Made by a program: the position numbers and the translations under genes. DNA of 64,000 bases, from assembly GCA_900318355.1 (NCBI GenBank), contig ONKE01000050.1:19701-83700 (forward strand). Direction: 5' to 3'. The notes below the pieces were generated by a model. The model was given only the letters and a program-made list of their open reading frames with translations, did no database searches and was not told the DNA's origin. This DNA is from an uncultured Bacteroidales bacterium. Lineage in GTDB: Bacteria > Bacteroidota > Bacteroidia > Bacteroidales > UBA932. This document shows positions 21,185-29,550 of the stretch, one piece after another. Each line of letters starts with the position of its first letter. Position 1 is the first letter of the stretch.

Positions 21185-23143
21185 TTATTCCGGAAGACTG
21201 GAATACCAGAGCGAAGAAGAGGCGTCGGAAGGCATGCGCCAGTCGCCGCGGGGCGAAAGGGAGACGGAGCCGATTTTCGGGCCGTCAGGCATGCAGGAGC
21301 GCTTGAACTGCTGGCTGAAGAAGCGCCAGCAGAACTTGCGGAGCCACTTCAGGATCTCTTCTTCGCTGTAGTCCGGAACGAAGGCCTTGCGGGCGAGGAA
21401 AAGTATCTTCTCGGGCGAGAAACCGTAACGGACGAAGTTGTAGAGGAAGAAATCGTGCAGTTCGTAGGGGCCGACGAGGTCTTCGGTCTTCTGGACGATG
21501 TTGCCCTGGGAATCGGCCGGGGTCAGTTCCGGGCTGATGGGAGTGTCGACGATGTCGAGAAGGATCTCCCTGGCGCCTCTCTCCCCTTCCGTTCCGGCTT
21601 CGAAACGATTGACGGCCGCCCAGCGGACCAGACTGCGGACCAGCGTCTTCGGAACGCCGGCATTTACCCCGTACATTGACATGTGGTCGCCGTTGTAGGT
21701 GCACCAGCCAAGGGCGAGTTCGCTCAGGTCGCCGGTTCCGACGACTATGCCGTTTTCCTCGTTGGCGATGTCCATGAGAATCTGCGTGCGCTCCCTGGCC
21801 TGTGAGTTTTCATAAGTCACATCGTGGACGGTGGCGTCGTGGCCGATATCTTCGAAATGCTGCTTGACGGCCGGCACGATGCTGACTTCGCGCATTGAAA
21901 TGCCCAGGGCTTTCATAAGTCCGAGGGCATTTGTGTATGTACGGTCCGTGGTACCGAATCCCGGCATGGTTATGCCGATAATGCCGTCGCGGGGCAGGCC
22001 CATCCTGTCGAAGGCCAAAGCCGTCACGAGAAGGGCCAAAGTGCTGTCGAGACCGCCTGAAACGCCGATTACGGCCTTCTTGCTCCCGATATGCTGCATA
22101 CGGGTAACAAGGCCGAGGACCTGCATGGATGTGATTTCTTCGGAACGCTGTGCAAGGTCGTCAGGGTCGGCGTCGGGGGCAAACGGATGAGGCTCGACCG
22201 GGCGGAGAAGCGTCTCTTCGAAGTCGGTCGGAGATGCCTCGCCGATGTCGGAAACGGTGTAGTCGGCAAAGAGGGCGCTGCGATCGAAGAACGTCGTCTG
22301 CTGCCTGCGAAGGAGGGAAAGTTTCTCCGCATCGACGTCGGCTTCGATAAGGTTGCCGTCCATGGAGAAACGGGGGCTTTCAGCCAGCATGAGTCCGTTT
22401 TCATAGATAAGGGACGAACCGGCAAACACAAGATCCTGAGTCGATTCGCCATAGCCGCTTGAAGCGTAGATATAAGCGGACACCGTGCGGCTCGACTGGC
22501 TGGATACCAGCTCCTTCCTGTAGGCATGCTTCATCACGGCTTCGTTGCTTGCCGAGAGATTGACGATAATCCTGGCACCTGCGATGGCATGGTACGAAGA
22601 CGGCGGAATCGGGGTCCAGAGGTCTTCACAAAGTTCGACGGCGAAGGGAACGCCACCGACCGTGAAGAGTTGGGAAGGGCCGAACGGCACCCTGGCGCCG
22701 GCATAGACCACCTCGGTCACTCCCTCGCGGAAAGCCGAACCGCTGCCGAACCACCTGGCCTCGTAGAACTCGTGATAGGCTGGGATGTGTATCTTCGGAA
22801 CGATGCCGAACACCTGGCCGTCGCGAAGGACTATGGCGCAGTTGTAGAGCCGGTCGTGAAGGAGGACGGGAGCGCCGACAACCACGGTGACGTATTTGCC
22901 CGTAGTATAGGCACACAGGTCGAGAACGGCGTCTTCGGCCGCGGAGATGAGTTTGGACTGGGAAAACAAGTCGCCGCAGGTGTAGCCCGTCACCGAAAGC
23001 TCGGGGAACACCAGCAGGGACACGTCATCGGTCTCGGCCCGGTCGACGATAGTCTTGATCTGCTCGATATTAAAGGAAACGTCGGCGACCTTCACACGTG
23101 GTGAAGCCGCGCCGACGCGAATGAATCCGTAATTGTTGTCCAT
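21185..23143 (-). CDS. nadE: glutamine-dependent NAD(+) synthetase
   Basis: 652 aa. N-terminal CN-hydrolase domain (LLVFPELSVTGY, CEDLW). C-terminal NAD synthase with P-loop VIGVSGGLDSTLALL. Confidence 0.9.
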   Translation of the reverse strand: MDNNYGFIRVGAASPRVKVADVSFNIEQIKTIVDRAETDDVSLLVFPELSVTGYTCGDLFSQSKLISAAEDAVLDLCAYTTGKYVTVVVGAPVLLHDRLYNCAIVLRDGQVFGIVPKIHIPAYHEFYEARWFGSGSAFREGVTEVVYAGARVPFGPSQLFTVGGVPFAVELCEDLWTPIPPSSYHAIAGARIIVNLSASNEAVMKHAYRKELVSSQSSRTVSAYIYASSGYGESTQDLVFAGSSLIYENGLMLAESPRFSMDGNLIEADVDAEKLSLLRRQQTTFFDRSALFADYTVSDIGEASPTDFEETLLRPVEPHPFAPDADPDDLAQRSEEITSMQVLGLVTRMQHIGSKKAVIGVSGGLDSTLALLVTALAFDRMGLPRDGIIGITMPGFGTTDRTYTNALGLMKALGISMREVSIVPAVKQHFEDIGHDATVHDVTYENSQARERTQILMDIANEENGIVVGTGDLSELALGWCTYNGDHMSMYGVNAGVPKTLVRSLVRWAAVNRFEAGTEGERGAREILLDIVDTPISPELTPADSQGNIVQKTEDLVGPYELHDFFLYNFVRYGFSPEKILFLARKAFVPDYSEEEILKWLRKFCWRFFSQQFKRSCMPDGPKIGSVSLSPRGDWRMPSDASSSLWYSSLPE

Positions 23144-23182
23144 CTTCGTTCAGAAATGATTTATCTGCAAAGATGGTGAAAA

Positions 23183-23674
23183 TTACTGAGAATCCGCCAC
23201 CTTTGCGATCAGATTCTCGAGATCTTCCCGGAGCATGTTGCCGTCCAGGGTGATGGCGGTGGTCTCCCCTTCCGCCGAATGGGTCAGCATCATCAGCGTG
23301 CGGACGATGCGGTCGTCCCCGATGGTGTAGAACCTGGAGGCCTCGCCGTCTTCCTTCACTTCCATCAGCAGTTCGGTCTTGCCCTTGCGGACCATCTTGT
23401 CAAAATCACGCTTGAGATTATCGCCGATGGCGGGATCCTCCGTGCTGAGGATGTAGAATCCGGTCAGGGAGCGGATAATGGAGGCGAAATTGACTTCGCC
23501 GTCTCCTACGGCCACGTCGGGTAGTTTTCCGAAGAGGCGGAACATGGCCGGGGATACGTACACGGCGCTCACGCCCTTCTGGTCGGAGAATTTGTTGTAG
23601 AGGGAAAGGCCGTCCTGGGCCAGGGCGCTGACAGCCAGGGTCAGGGCCGCAAAAATGGTAATCAACTTTTTCAT
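23183..23674 (-). CDS. DUF4252-like secreted protein
   Basis: Signal peptide MKKLITIFAALTLAVSALAQ. 163 aa, in the typical position next to an ECF sigma module. VYVSPAMFRL...LTGFYILSTED pattern. Confidence 0.65.
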   Translation of the reverse strand: MKKLITIFAALTLAVSALAQDGLSLYNKFSDQKGVSAVYVSPAMFRLFGKLPDVAVGDGEVNFASIIRSLTGFYILSTEDPAIGDNLKRDFDKMVRKGKTELLMEVKEDGEASRFYTIGDDRIVRTLMMLTHSAEGETTAITLDGNMLREDLENLIAKVADSQ

Positions 23675-24054
23675 CTGTTCGCAATTCTATCGAGGGTAAT
23701 GCCCGGTTTTTCCATCGTTTCCTGCGCCTGGGAGACCATCCGGGCTCCGATGGTCATCTCATGCGTCATCCGCTGGAGCGCCGCTTCAACCGCGGCGTAG
23801 GCCAGAACAGGATCTTCAAAGGTATCTTTGGGGCGGGAGGGCTTGAGGAGGAAGCCGGCCGCCAGGAGGACCGCCGCCGCGGCGGCGATACCGGCCGCCG
23901 GAAGCAGCCGGGAACGAGGCCGCTCCCGCTGCTCGCAGATGTCCAGCAGCAGCGCGGTCCGCTCGGACAGCCCTTCCGGCACTGCTACATTACGGTCTGC
24001 CGCCAACGAAGCGAGATCCTCCATGGTAAGTTTTTCAATTTCAGTCTTTTTCAT
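23671..24054 (-). CDS. small single-pass membrane protein, putative anti-sigma factor
   Basis: 127 aa with one hydrophobic helix (LLPAAGIAAAAAVLLAAGFLL). Overlaps the sigma-factor stop by 14 nt and the next gene by 4 nt. Function is inferred from position only. Confidence 0.5.
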   Translation of the reverse strand: MKKTEIEKLTMEDLASLAADRNVAVPEGLSERTALLLDICEQRERPRSRLLPAAGIAAAAAVLLAAGFLLKPSRPKDTFEDPVLAYAAVEAALQRMTHEMTIGARMVSQAQETMEKPGITLDRIANR

Positions 24055-24529
24055 AACTGCTTTTCAGGGTTTTCCGTGCCTGGCTGAGCAGGACGCGCAG
24101 ATGGATCTGCGACAGTCCGGTTTGCCGGGCAATTTCTTCATATTCAAGTCCTTCCAACACACGCAGGCGCAGTACCGTGCGCTGCCGCTGCGGGAGGGCT
24201 TCCATGGCTGCCTGCATGCGGCGGACCGCTTCCCGGTCCACTGCCAGTCGTTCCGGCCCCGGCGTCCCGTCAGCCATGGACAGACCTTCAGGCAAGGGTT
24301 CGGGATGGTTTTTCCGGGCGCGGAGACGATCCAGGCACAGATTGCGCATCATCGTCAGCGCAAAGGCTTCCGGCGACCGCACTTCCGTCAGGGTCGAACG
24401 CTTCGACCAGAGGCGGACATAGAGGTCCTGCACGGCGTCTTCGGCCTCGGCGGCATCTTCCAACAGATGGAAGGCCAGCCGGTAGAGCCGGTCCGAAAGC
24501 GGCAGCCAGGTCTGTCTGAATCCGTCCAT
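24041..24529 (-). CDS. ECF-type RNA polymerase sigma-70 factor
   Basis: Region 2 (AEDAVQDLYVRLWSKR) and region 4 HTH (LEYEEIARQTGLSQIHLRVLLSQARKTL). 162 aa. Confidence 0.85.
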   Translation of the reverse strand: MDGFRQTWLPLSDRLYRLAFHLLEDAAEAEDAVQDLYVRLWSKRSTLTEVRSPEAFALTMMRNLCLDRLRARKNHPEPLPEGLSMADGTPGPERLAVDREAVRRMQAAMEALPQRQRTVLRLRVLEGLEYEEIARQTGLSQIHLRVLLSQARKTLKSSYEKD

Positions 24530-25035
24530 CAGTCCTGCATGAATTGGGCAATCTGGTCGGAGGAGAACGTGCCGTAGAGGCAGATCATCGTTCCTTCTTC
24601 AGGACTCAGCAGCACCACGTCGCGGATGTTGTCGTCTTTGGTCAAGGTCCCGAACAGCCGGATTCCAGAGCCATCCCCGTCCTTTGCTTCCATCAGGCAA
24701 TCTGCTTTTTTCAAGACCTTTGCAACATCCCGGTTGAAGTGTTGCTTTACGTTATCCTCACAATTGGAATAATCGATTACGACTACTTTCCGCAGACCGT
24801 CCAGCAACTGGATAGCCCGGCGCGCATCGTCATCTCCGGTCGTGTCGATTTCCTTGCGCACCATGCCGCGGACAATGCTCATCAGCAGACCGCCGACCGG
24901 CACCACTTCGAAATCAGGTTCGGCATTGTATTGACGGACGACGGCAGCCAGCCGCGTCTTGTTAACTCCGCGCGCCTCCGACGGGCAGACCGGCAGGAGG
25001 AGCAGCAACATTCCTATGAGCAATAATTTTTTCAT
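24529..25035 (-). CDS. DUF4252-like secreted protein (second copy)
   Basis: Internal ATG of ORF 24529..25095 gives signal peptide MKKLLLIGMLLLLLPVCPSEA. ATGA-type overlap with the sigma-factor start. Confidence 0.6.
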   Translation of the reverse strand: MKKLLLIGMLLLLLPVCPSEARGVNKTRLAAVVRQYNAEPDFEVVPVGGLLMSIVRGMVRKEIDTTGDDDARRAIQLLDGLRKVVVIDYSNCEDNVKQHFNRDVAKVLKKADCLMEAKDGDGSGIRLFGTLTKDDNIRDVVLLSPEEGTMICLYGTFSSDQIAQFMQD

Positions 25036-25135
25036 CACGACCATAAGACGAACGGGGCCGGAAAATGTTACGGTCCCGTCCCGCAATTTAGTCATTTTAG
25101 CTTTGTTTCCAATTGCAAATAAGTATTTTTTTGTT

Positions 25136-25143
25136 TAATTTTG
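25136..25143 (+). promoter_or_regulatory. putative -7 promoter box TAATTTTG for the coiled-coil/zapA pair
   Basis: Exact TAnnTTTG match 27 nt upstream of the ATG at 25171. Confidence 0.45.
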
Positions 25144-25170
25144 CATTCCGAATAGGTAAAAAGGCTTGAT

Positions 25171-25443
25171 ATGCTGGAAAATATCAAAAAAGATATTGAA
25201 AGACTTATCGCGCGCTACGAAAGCGAACGCCAGGCGCGGCTGCGTGCCGAAGACGAGCTTGAGCAGTGCAAAGCCAAAAGTGACGCCTATCGCAAACAGA
25301 TTACCGAACTGGAAAGACAGGTTGACAATCTGAAACTGACCGGTGCCTTCACCGCTCCCGCCGGCGCAAACGCCGCCGCAAGGGAGAAGATTGACGGACT
25401 GATCCGGGAGATCGACAAATGTATCGCTCTCCTGCAAAGATAA
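25171..25443 (+). CDS. small coiled-coil protein (ZapB-like position), function unknown
   Basis: 90 aa with a heptad-like charged sequence (ERLIARYESERQARLRAEDELEQCKAKSDAYRKQITELERQVDNLK). Lies 6 nt upstream of zapA. Confidence 0.6.
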   Translation: MLENIKKDIERLIARYESERQARLRAEDELEQCKAKSDAYRKQITELERQVDNLKLTGAFTAPAGANAAAREKIDGLIREIDKCIALLQR

Positions 25444-25449
25444 GGGAAG

Positions 25450-25743
25450 ATGGAAAGCGAAAAGAGAAAAATCAACGTCAAGATTGCTGACAGGGAATAT
25501 GCATTCTCGGCAGTCTCGCCCGAGCAGGAGGAGATGATCCGCCGGGCCGCTGACATTCTCAACCGCAGGATTTCCAACGTGTTATCCCAAAACCCAGGGA
25601 CCAATATGCAGAAAGTCCTCACGATCATCGCCCTTAACGAGATCAACTCCGGTCTGCGCCAGCAAGCCCAGCTGAGCGGCATCCGCCAGGAAGCCGACGG
25701 GCTCAAGGCACAGTTGGAAACCTATCTTGACAACATCGACTGA
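25450..25743 (+). CDS. zapA: cell division protein ZapA
   Basis: 97 aa. INVKIADREYAFSAVSPEQEEMIRRAADILNRRI... matches the ZapA pattern (single beta-rich head plus C-terminal helix). Confidence 0.75.
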   Translation: MESEKRKINVKIADREYAFSAVSPEQEEMIRRAADILNRRISNVLSQNPGTNMQKVLTIIALNEINSGLRQQAQLSGIRQEADGLKAQLETYLDNID

Positions 25744-25984
25744 ATTGCCGTCAGCACGAGAGGCTGAAAACAACACGTTCCCAGGAACCGGGTAACTCGC
25801 AGCAGGGATGGCAGGCCAAGGTGACCCTACGGGGGATTCCTTCTTAGCAAGGAACGTTGGATCCCTGAACTGCAGCGGAGCCCAAATCTTATTTTCTAAG
25901 ATTTTTCTGACCTGTGGCTGACGGCTTTTCAAGGCTTCAGGTCGGCAGTCTCCCCTTCCAAGGGGCTCTGCCGGCCTTTTTGTT
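25744..25984 (+). ncRNA. structured non-coding RNA candidate downstream of zapA (possibly 6S/SsrS-like; alternatively a structured zapA 3'UTR or rny leader)
   Basis: 270-nt non-coding gap in otherwise tightly packed DNA. A 9-bp long-range helix gccgtcagc/gctgacggc (25747-25755 / 25917-25925) encloses about 179 nt. Local hairpins at 25832-25866 and 25884-25904. A terminator follows directly. Confidence 0.4.
25942..25984 (+). terminator. intrinsic terminator closing the zapA-downstream RNA
   Basis: GC-rich stem cggcag..cccc / gggg..ctgccg with loop ttccaa, followed by gcctttttgtt. Confidence 0.6.
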
Positions 25985-26013
25985 GAACTTAAACCTGACA
26001 TATATATAGTACT

Positions 26014-27555
26014 ATGGACATCATTTCACTTTTGATCGGTATAGTCGCGGGAGCAGTCCTTGCGCTTACGATCTACATACTGGTCCGCAGATCGATTCTC
26101 AAGGGCCGGAAGGACGAAATAATCAAAAAGGCCGAGCTCGAGGCCGAAAACATCAAGAAGGAGAAGATTCTCCAGGCCAAGGAAAAGTTCCTCCAGCTTA
26201 AGTCCGAGCACGACCAGCAGGTCGCCCAGCGCAACAATCAGCTCAAAGAGGCTGAAATCCGAATCAAGCAGAAGGAAAACACCATCAACCAGAACACTGA
26301 AAACCTTCAGCGAAAGCTGCGTGAGGCCGATTCTCTCAAGGCCGGCCTTACCGCCCAGCGCGAAGCCCTAGACAGGAAAGCCGAAGAATACGAGCAGCTC
26401 CGCAGCGAGGCCAACCGCCAGATCGAAAGCATCGCCGGCATGAGCGCCGCGGAAGCCAAGAACATCCTGATGGAAAACATGAAAGCCGAGGCCCGCACCG
26501 AGGCCCAGGCCTACATCAACGACACAATGGACGAAGCCAGGCTCAACGCCGCCCGCGAGGCCAAGCGCATCGTCATCACCACCATCCAGCGCACCGCAAC
26601 CGAGACCGCAATCGAAAACGCAGTCACGACCTTCCCTATCGACAGCGATGAGATCAAAGGACGCATCATCGGCCGCGAAGGACGTAACATCCGTGCCCTG
26701 GAGGCTGCTACAGGCGTTGAAATCGTCGTCGACGACACTCCCGACGCCATTCTGCTGTCGGCCTTCGACCCTGTCCGCAGGGAAGTTGCACGCCTTGCCC
26801 TCCACCAGCTCGTCGTTGACGGCCGCATCCACCCCGCCCGCATCGAGGAAGTCGTGTCGAAGGTTCAGAAGCAGCTTGAGGAAGAAATCCTCGAGACCGG
26901 AAAGCGCACCTGCATCGACCTCGGCATCCATGGGATGAACATCGAGCTCGTCCGCATGATCGGCCGCATGAAATACCGTTCCTCCTACGGCCAGAACCTG
27001 CTTCAGCACTCCCGCGAAGTGGCCAACATCTGCTCGATAATGGCCTCCGAGCTTGGTCTCAACCCCAAAATCGCAAAGCGCGCGGGTCTTCTCCACGATA
27101 TCGGCAAGGTGTCCGAAGAGGAGCCGGATCTGCCTCACGCCATCCTGGGCATGAAGCTGGCCGAGCAATACAAGGAAAAGCCTGAAATCTGCAACGCCAT
27201 CGGCGCTCACCACGAGGAAATCGAGATGACCTCGATCATCGCCCCCATCGTTCTCGTGGGCGACGCCATTTCCGGAGCCCGTCCCGGTGCAAGACGCGAA
27301 GTCATCGAGTCTTACATCAAGCGCCTCAAGGGCATGGAAGACCTTGCGGCGGCCTATCCGGGAGTTACCAAGAGCTACGCCATCCAGGCCGGCCGCGAAC
27401 TCCGCGTCATCGTCGGCGCCGAATCCGTTTCCGACGAGCAGGCCGCAGTCCTTTCCGCGGAAATCGCCCAGAAGATCCAGAACGAAATGACCTATCCCGG
27501 TCAGGTGAAGATCACGGTCATCCGCGAAACCCGCTCCGTGGCCTACGCCAAATAG
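26014..27555 (+). CDS. rny: ribonuclease Y
   Basis: N-terminal TM helix ([22 protein letters not shown]), long coiled coil, KH domain ([15 protein letters not shown]), HD domain (LLHDIGK, GAHHE). Confidence 0.95.
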   Translation: MDIISLLIGIVAGAVLALTIYILVRRSILKGRKDEIIKKAELEAENIKKEKILQAKEKFLQLKSEHDQQVAQRNNQLKEAEIRIKQKENTINQNTENLQRKLREADSLKAGLTAQREALDRKAEEYEQLRSEANRQIESIAGMSAAEAKNILMENMKAEARTEAQAYINDTMDEARLNAAREAKRIVITTIQRTATETAIENAVTTFPIDSDEIKGRIIGREGRNIRALEAATGVEIVVDDTPDAILLSAFDPVRREVARLALHQLVVDGRIHPARIEEVVSKVQKQLEEEILETGKRTCIDLGIHGMNIELVRMIGRMKYRSSYGQNLLQHSREVANICSIMASELGLNPKIAKRAGLLHDIGKVSEEEPDLPHAILGMKLAEQYKEKPEICNAIGAHHEEIEMTSIIAPIVLVGDAISGARPGARREVIESYIKRLKGMEDLAAAYPGVTKSYAIQAGRELRVIVGAESVSDEQAAVLSAEIAQKIQNEMTYPGQVKITVIRETRSVAYAK

Positions 27556-27564
27556 CATTTCGCC

Positions 27565-29550
27565 ATGCGACGCCTTATCTCCGTCCTTGTTGCGGCCATA
27601 GCCGGAATCGCGCTTCTCGGCGCCCAGCCTTCCGTGTCATGGAAAGCCGCAATAAGGTCGGACGGCGCCGATGGATACGAGCTTGTCCTTTCCGGCAGGC
27701 TCGCGCCCGGTCTCCACACCTACGGAGTAGGGCATCCATATTCCGCTCCCACTCTTGAAATCCAGCCCGCAGACGCAGCGGTCGGGGCGCTTTACAACAT
27801 CTCGGCTCCCGTCGTGTCCGGCGGCGAGGAAATCTTCGAAAGCGACTTCCAGCTGGGGCAGAAAATACGTCCCGGAGTCTCCGAAATCAGCGGCGAAATC
27901 ACCTGGCAAGCCTGCGATGCGGAGAGGTGTTTCCTCCCGGAACACTTCAGCTTTTCAGCGGCGGTTTCCGGGCAGGATTCAGCCCAAAATGAGGGCAAAA
28001 ACACAATTAACAAAAATGTTATAGATAATAACAACATTGTTTCTCGTGCTGAAAATCAAGGCAATAATTCTAGCATCATAGAAACCCCCGAAGAAAGCGG
28101 CGACTCGGGCACGGAAGGCGGAAAAAAGGGCATTTGGGCCCTGATTATCGAGGCAATCCTATGGGGTTTTGCCATGCTTTTGACCCCTTGCGTTTTCCCG
28201 ATGGTGCCGATGACGGTCTCGTATTTTGTCAAGGGCGGCGTCTCCCCTGCGACCGGCCGGTTCAAGGCTTTCATGTACGGACTCTTCATCATTCTGCTCT
28301 ACACCGTCCCGATCAGCGTCATCATCGGACTGACCCGTCTGCTCGGAGGTGAGACCGTGACCGCCGACATCTTCAACTGGCTTGCGACCCACTGGCTGCC
28401 GAACCTGCTGTTCTTCGCTATATTCATGGTATTCGCCGCATCGTTCTTCGGCGCATTCGAGATTACACTTCCCTCCTCTATCGTAAACAAAAGCGACAAG
28501 GAAAGCGGACGCGGCGGCCTCGCAGGAGTTTTCTTCATGGCGCTGACGCTGGTGCTGGTATCTTTCTCCTGCACCGGCCCCATAGTCGGATCCGTCCTCA
28601 TCAAATCCACTCAGGGAGAATTCTGGACCCCTATGGTGACAATGCTGGCCTTCTCGACGGCGTTTGCCTTGCCATTTACCCTGCTTGCCCTATTCCCTTC
28701 GGTGCTTAAGAAGATGCGTAGCGGCAGCTGGCTCGGCAGCGTCAAGATTGTGCTCGGTTTCATCGAACTCGCGCTCGGCCTGAAATTTCTCAGCGTCGCG
28801 GACCAAACCTACCACTGGGGCATTCTGGACAGGGAAATCTACCTTGCGATTTGGATAGTCGTCTTCAGTCTGCTGGGCTTCTACCTGCTTGGCAAGATCC
28901 GCTTCAAGGGCGAAGAAAAGGTCGAGCAGATTGGCCTCACCCGACTAACCCTCGCAATTGCCGTATTCTCCTTCGTGGTCTACCTTATTCCCGGAATGTG
29001 GGGAGCCCCTCTGAAGGCATTGTCGGGCTATCTCCCGCCCATCCAGACCCAGGACTTCGTACTCGGAAGCGAAACTTCCGCCTCGCAGCCTGCCTCCCAA
29101 GTGGGTTATGGCAAGGAATACGGACTCCACACCCCTCTCGGCCTTCCCGGCTATTTCACGCTGGAAGAAGGATTCGAAGTGTCGGCCCAAACCGGCAAGC
29201 CCGTTTTCCTCGACATCTCCGGACACGGCTGCGTCAACTGCCGCGAAATGGAAAGCCGCGTCTGGAGCGATCCCCGGGTGAGCAGCCGCCTGCGCGACGA
29301 ATTCGTGGTGGTAACGCTCTACACCGACGACAAGACCAAACTTAAAGAAAAGGATTGGGTAACTACAAGTAACGGCAAAGTACTCAAAGAAATAGGCCGG
29401 GCAAATTCCTACATCGTAACATCCCGTTTCGGGGTCAACGCCCAGCCGACCTACATCATTCTCGACGCCAACGGAAACATAATCGCCGGCCCCCGCGGTT
29501 ACAATCTGGACATAGAAGATTTCCTCGCTTTTCTGGACGAGGGCAAATGA
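27565..29550 (+). CDS. DsbD-family thiol:disulfide interchange protein (CcdA-like membrane core plus C-terminal thioredoxin)
   Basis: Signal peptide. TM core with conserved Cys (LTPCVFPMVP, SFSCTGPIVG). C-terminal thioredoxin CxxC (GHGCVNCREME). Confidence 0.85.
   Translation: MRRLISVLVAAIAGIALLGAQPSVSWKAAIRSDGADGYELVLSGRLAPGLHTYGVGHPYSAPTLEIQPADAAVGALYNISAPVVSGGEEIFESDFQLGQKIRPGVSEISGEITWQACDAERCFLPEHFSFSAAVSGQDSAQNEGKNTINKNVIDNNNIVSRAENQGNNSSIIETPEESGDSGTEGGKKGIWALIIEAILWGFAMLLTPCVFPMVPMTVSYFVKGGVSPATGRFKAFMYGLFIILLYTVPISVIIGLTRLLGGETVTADIFNWLATHWLPNLLFFAIFMVFAASFFGAFEITLPSSIVNKSDKESGRGGLAGVFFMALTLVLVSFSCTGPIVGSVLIKSTQGEFWTPMVTMLAFSTAFALPFTLLALFPSVLKKMRSGSWLGSVKIVLGFIELALGLKFLSVADQTYHWGILDREIYLAIWIVVFSLLGFYLLGKIRFKGEEKVEQIGLTRLTLAIAVFSFVVYLIPGMWGAPLKALSGYLPPIQTQDFVLGSETSASQPASQVGYGKEYGLHTPLGLPGYFTLEEGFEVSAQTGKPVFLDISGHGCVNCREMESRVWSDPRVSSRLRDEFVVVTLYTDDKTKLKEKDWVTTSNGKVLKEIGRANSYIVTSRFGVNAQPTYIILDANGNIIAGPRGYNLDIEDFLAFLDEGK

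Noticed and set aside
21112-21306. 64-aa ORF inside the inverted-repeat element.
   Set aside because: It starts at a non-ATG codon inside the spacer, runs into the antisense of the nadE 3' end, and has no motif. The region is better explained as a structured non-coding element.
26368-27558. 396-aa minus-strand ORF.
   Set aside because: It is antisense to rny, whose KH and HD motifs are unambiguous. This is a shadow ORF.
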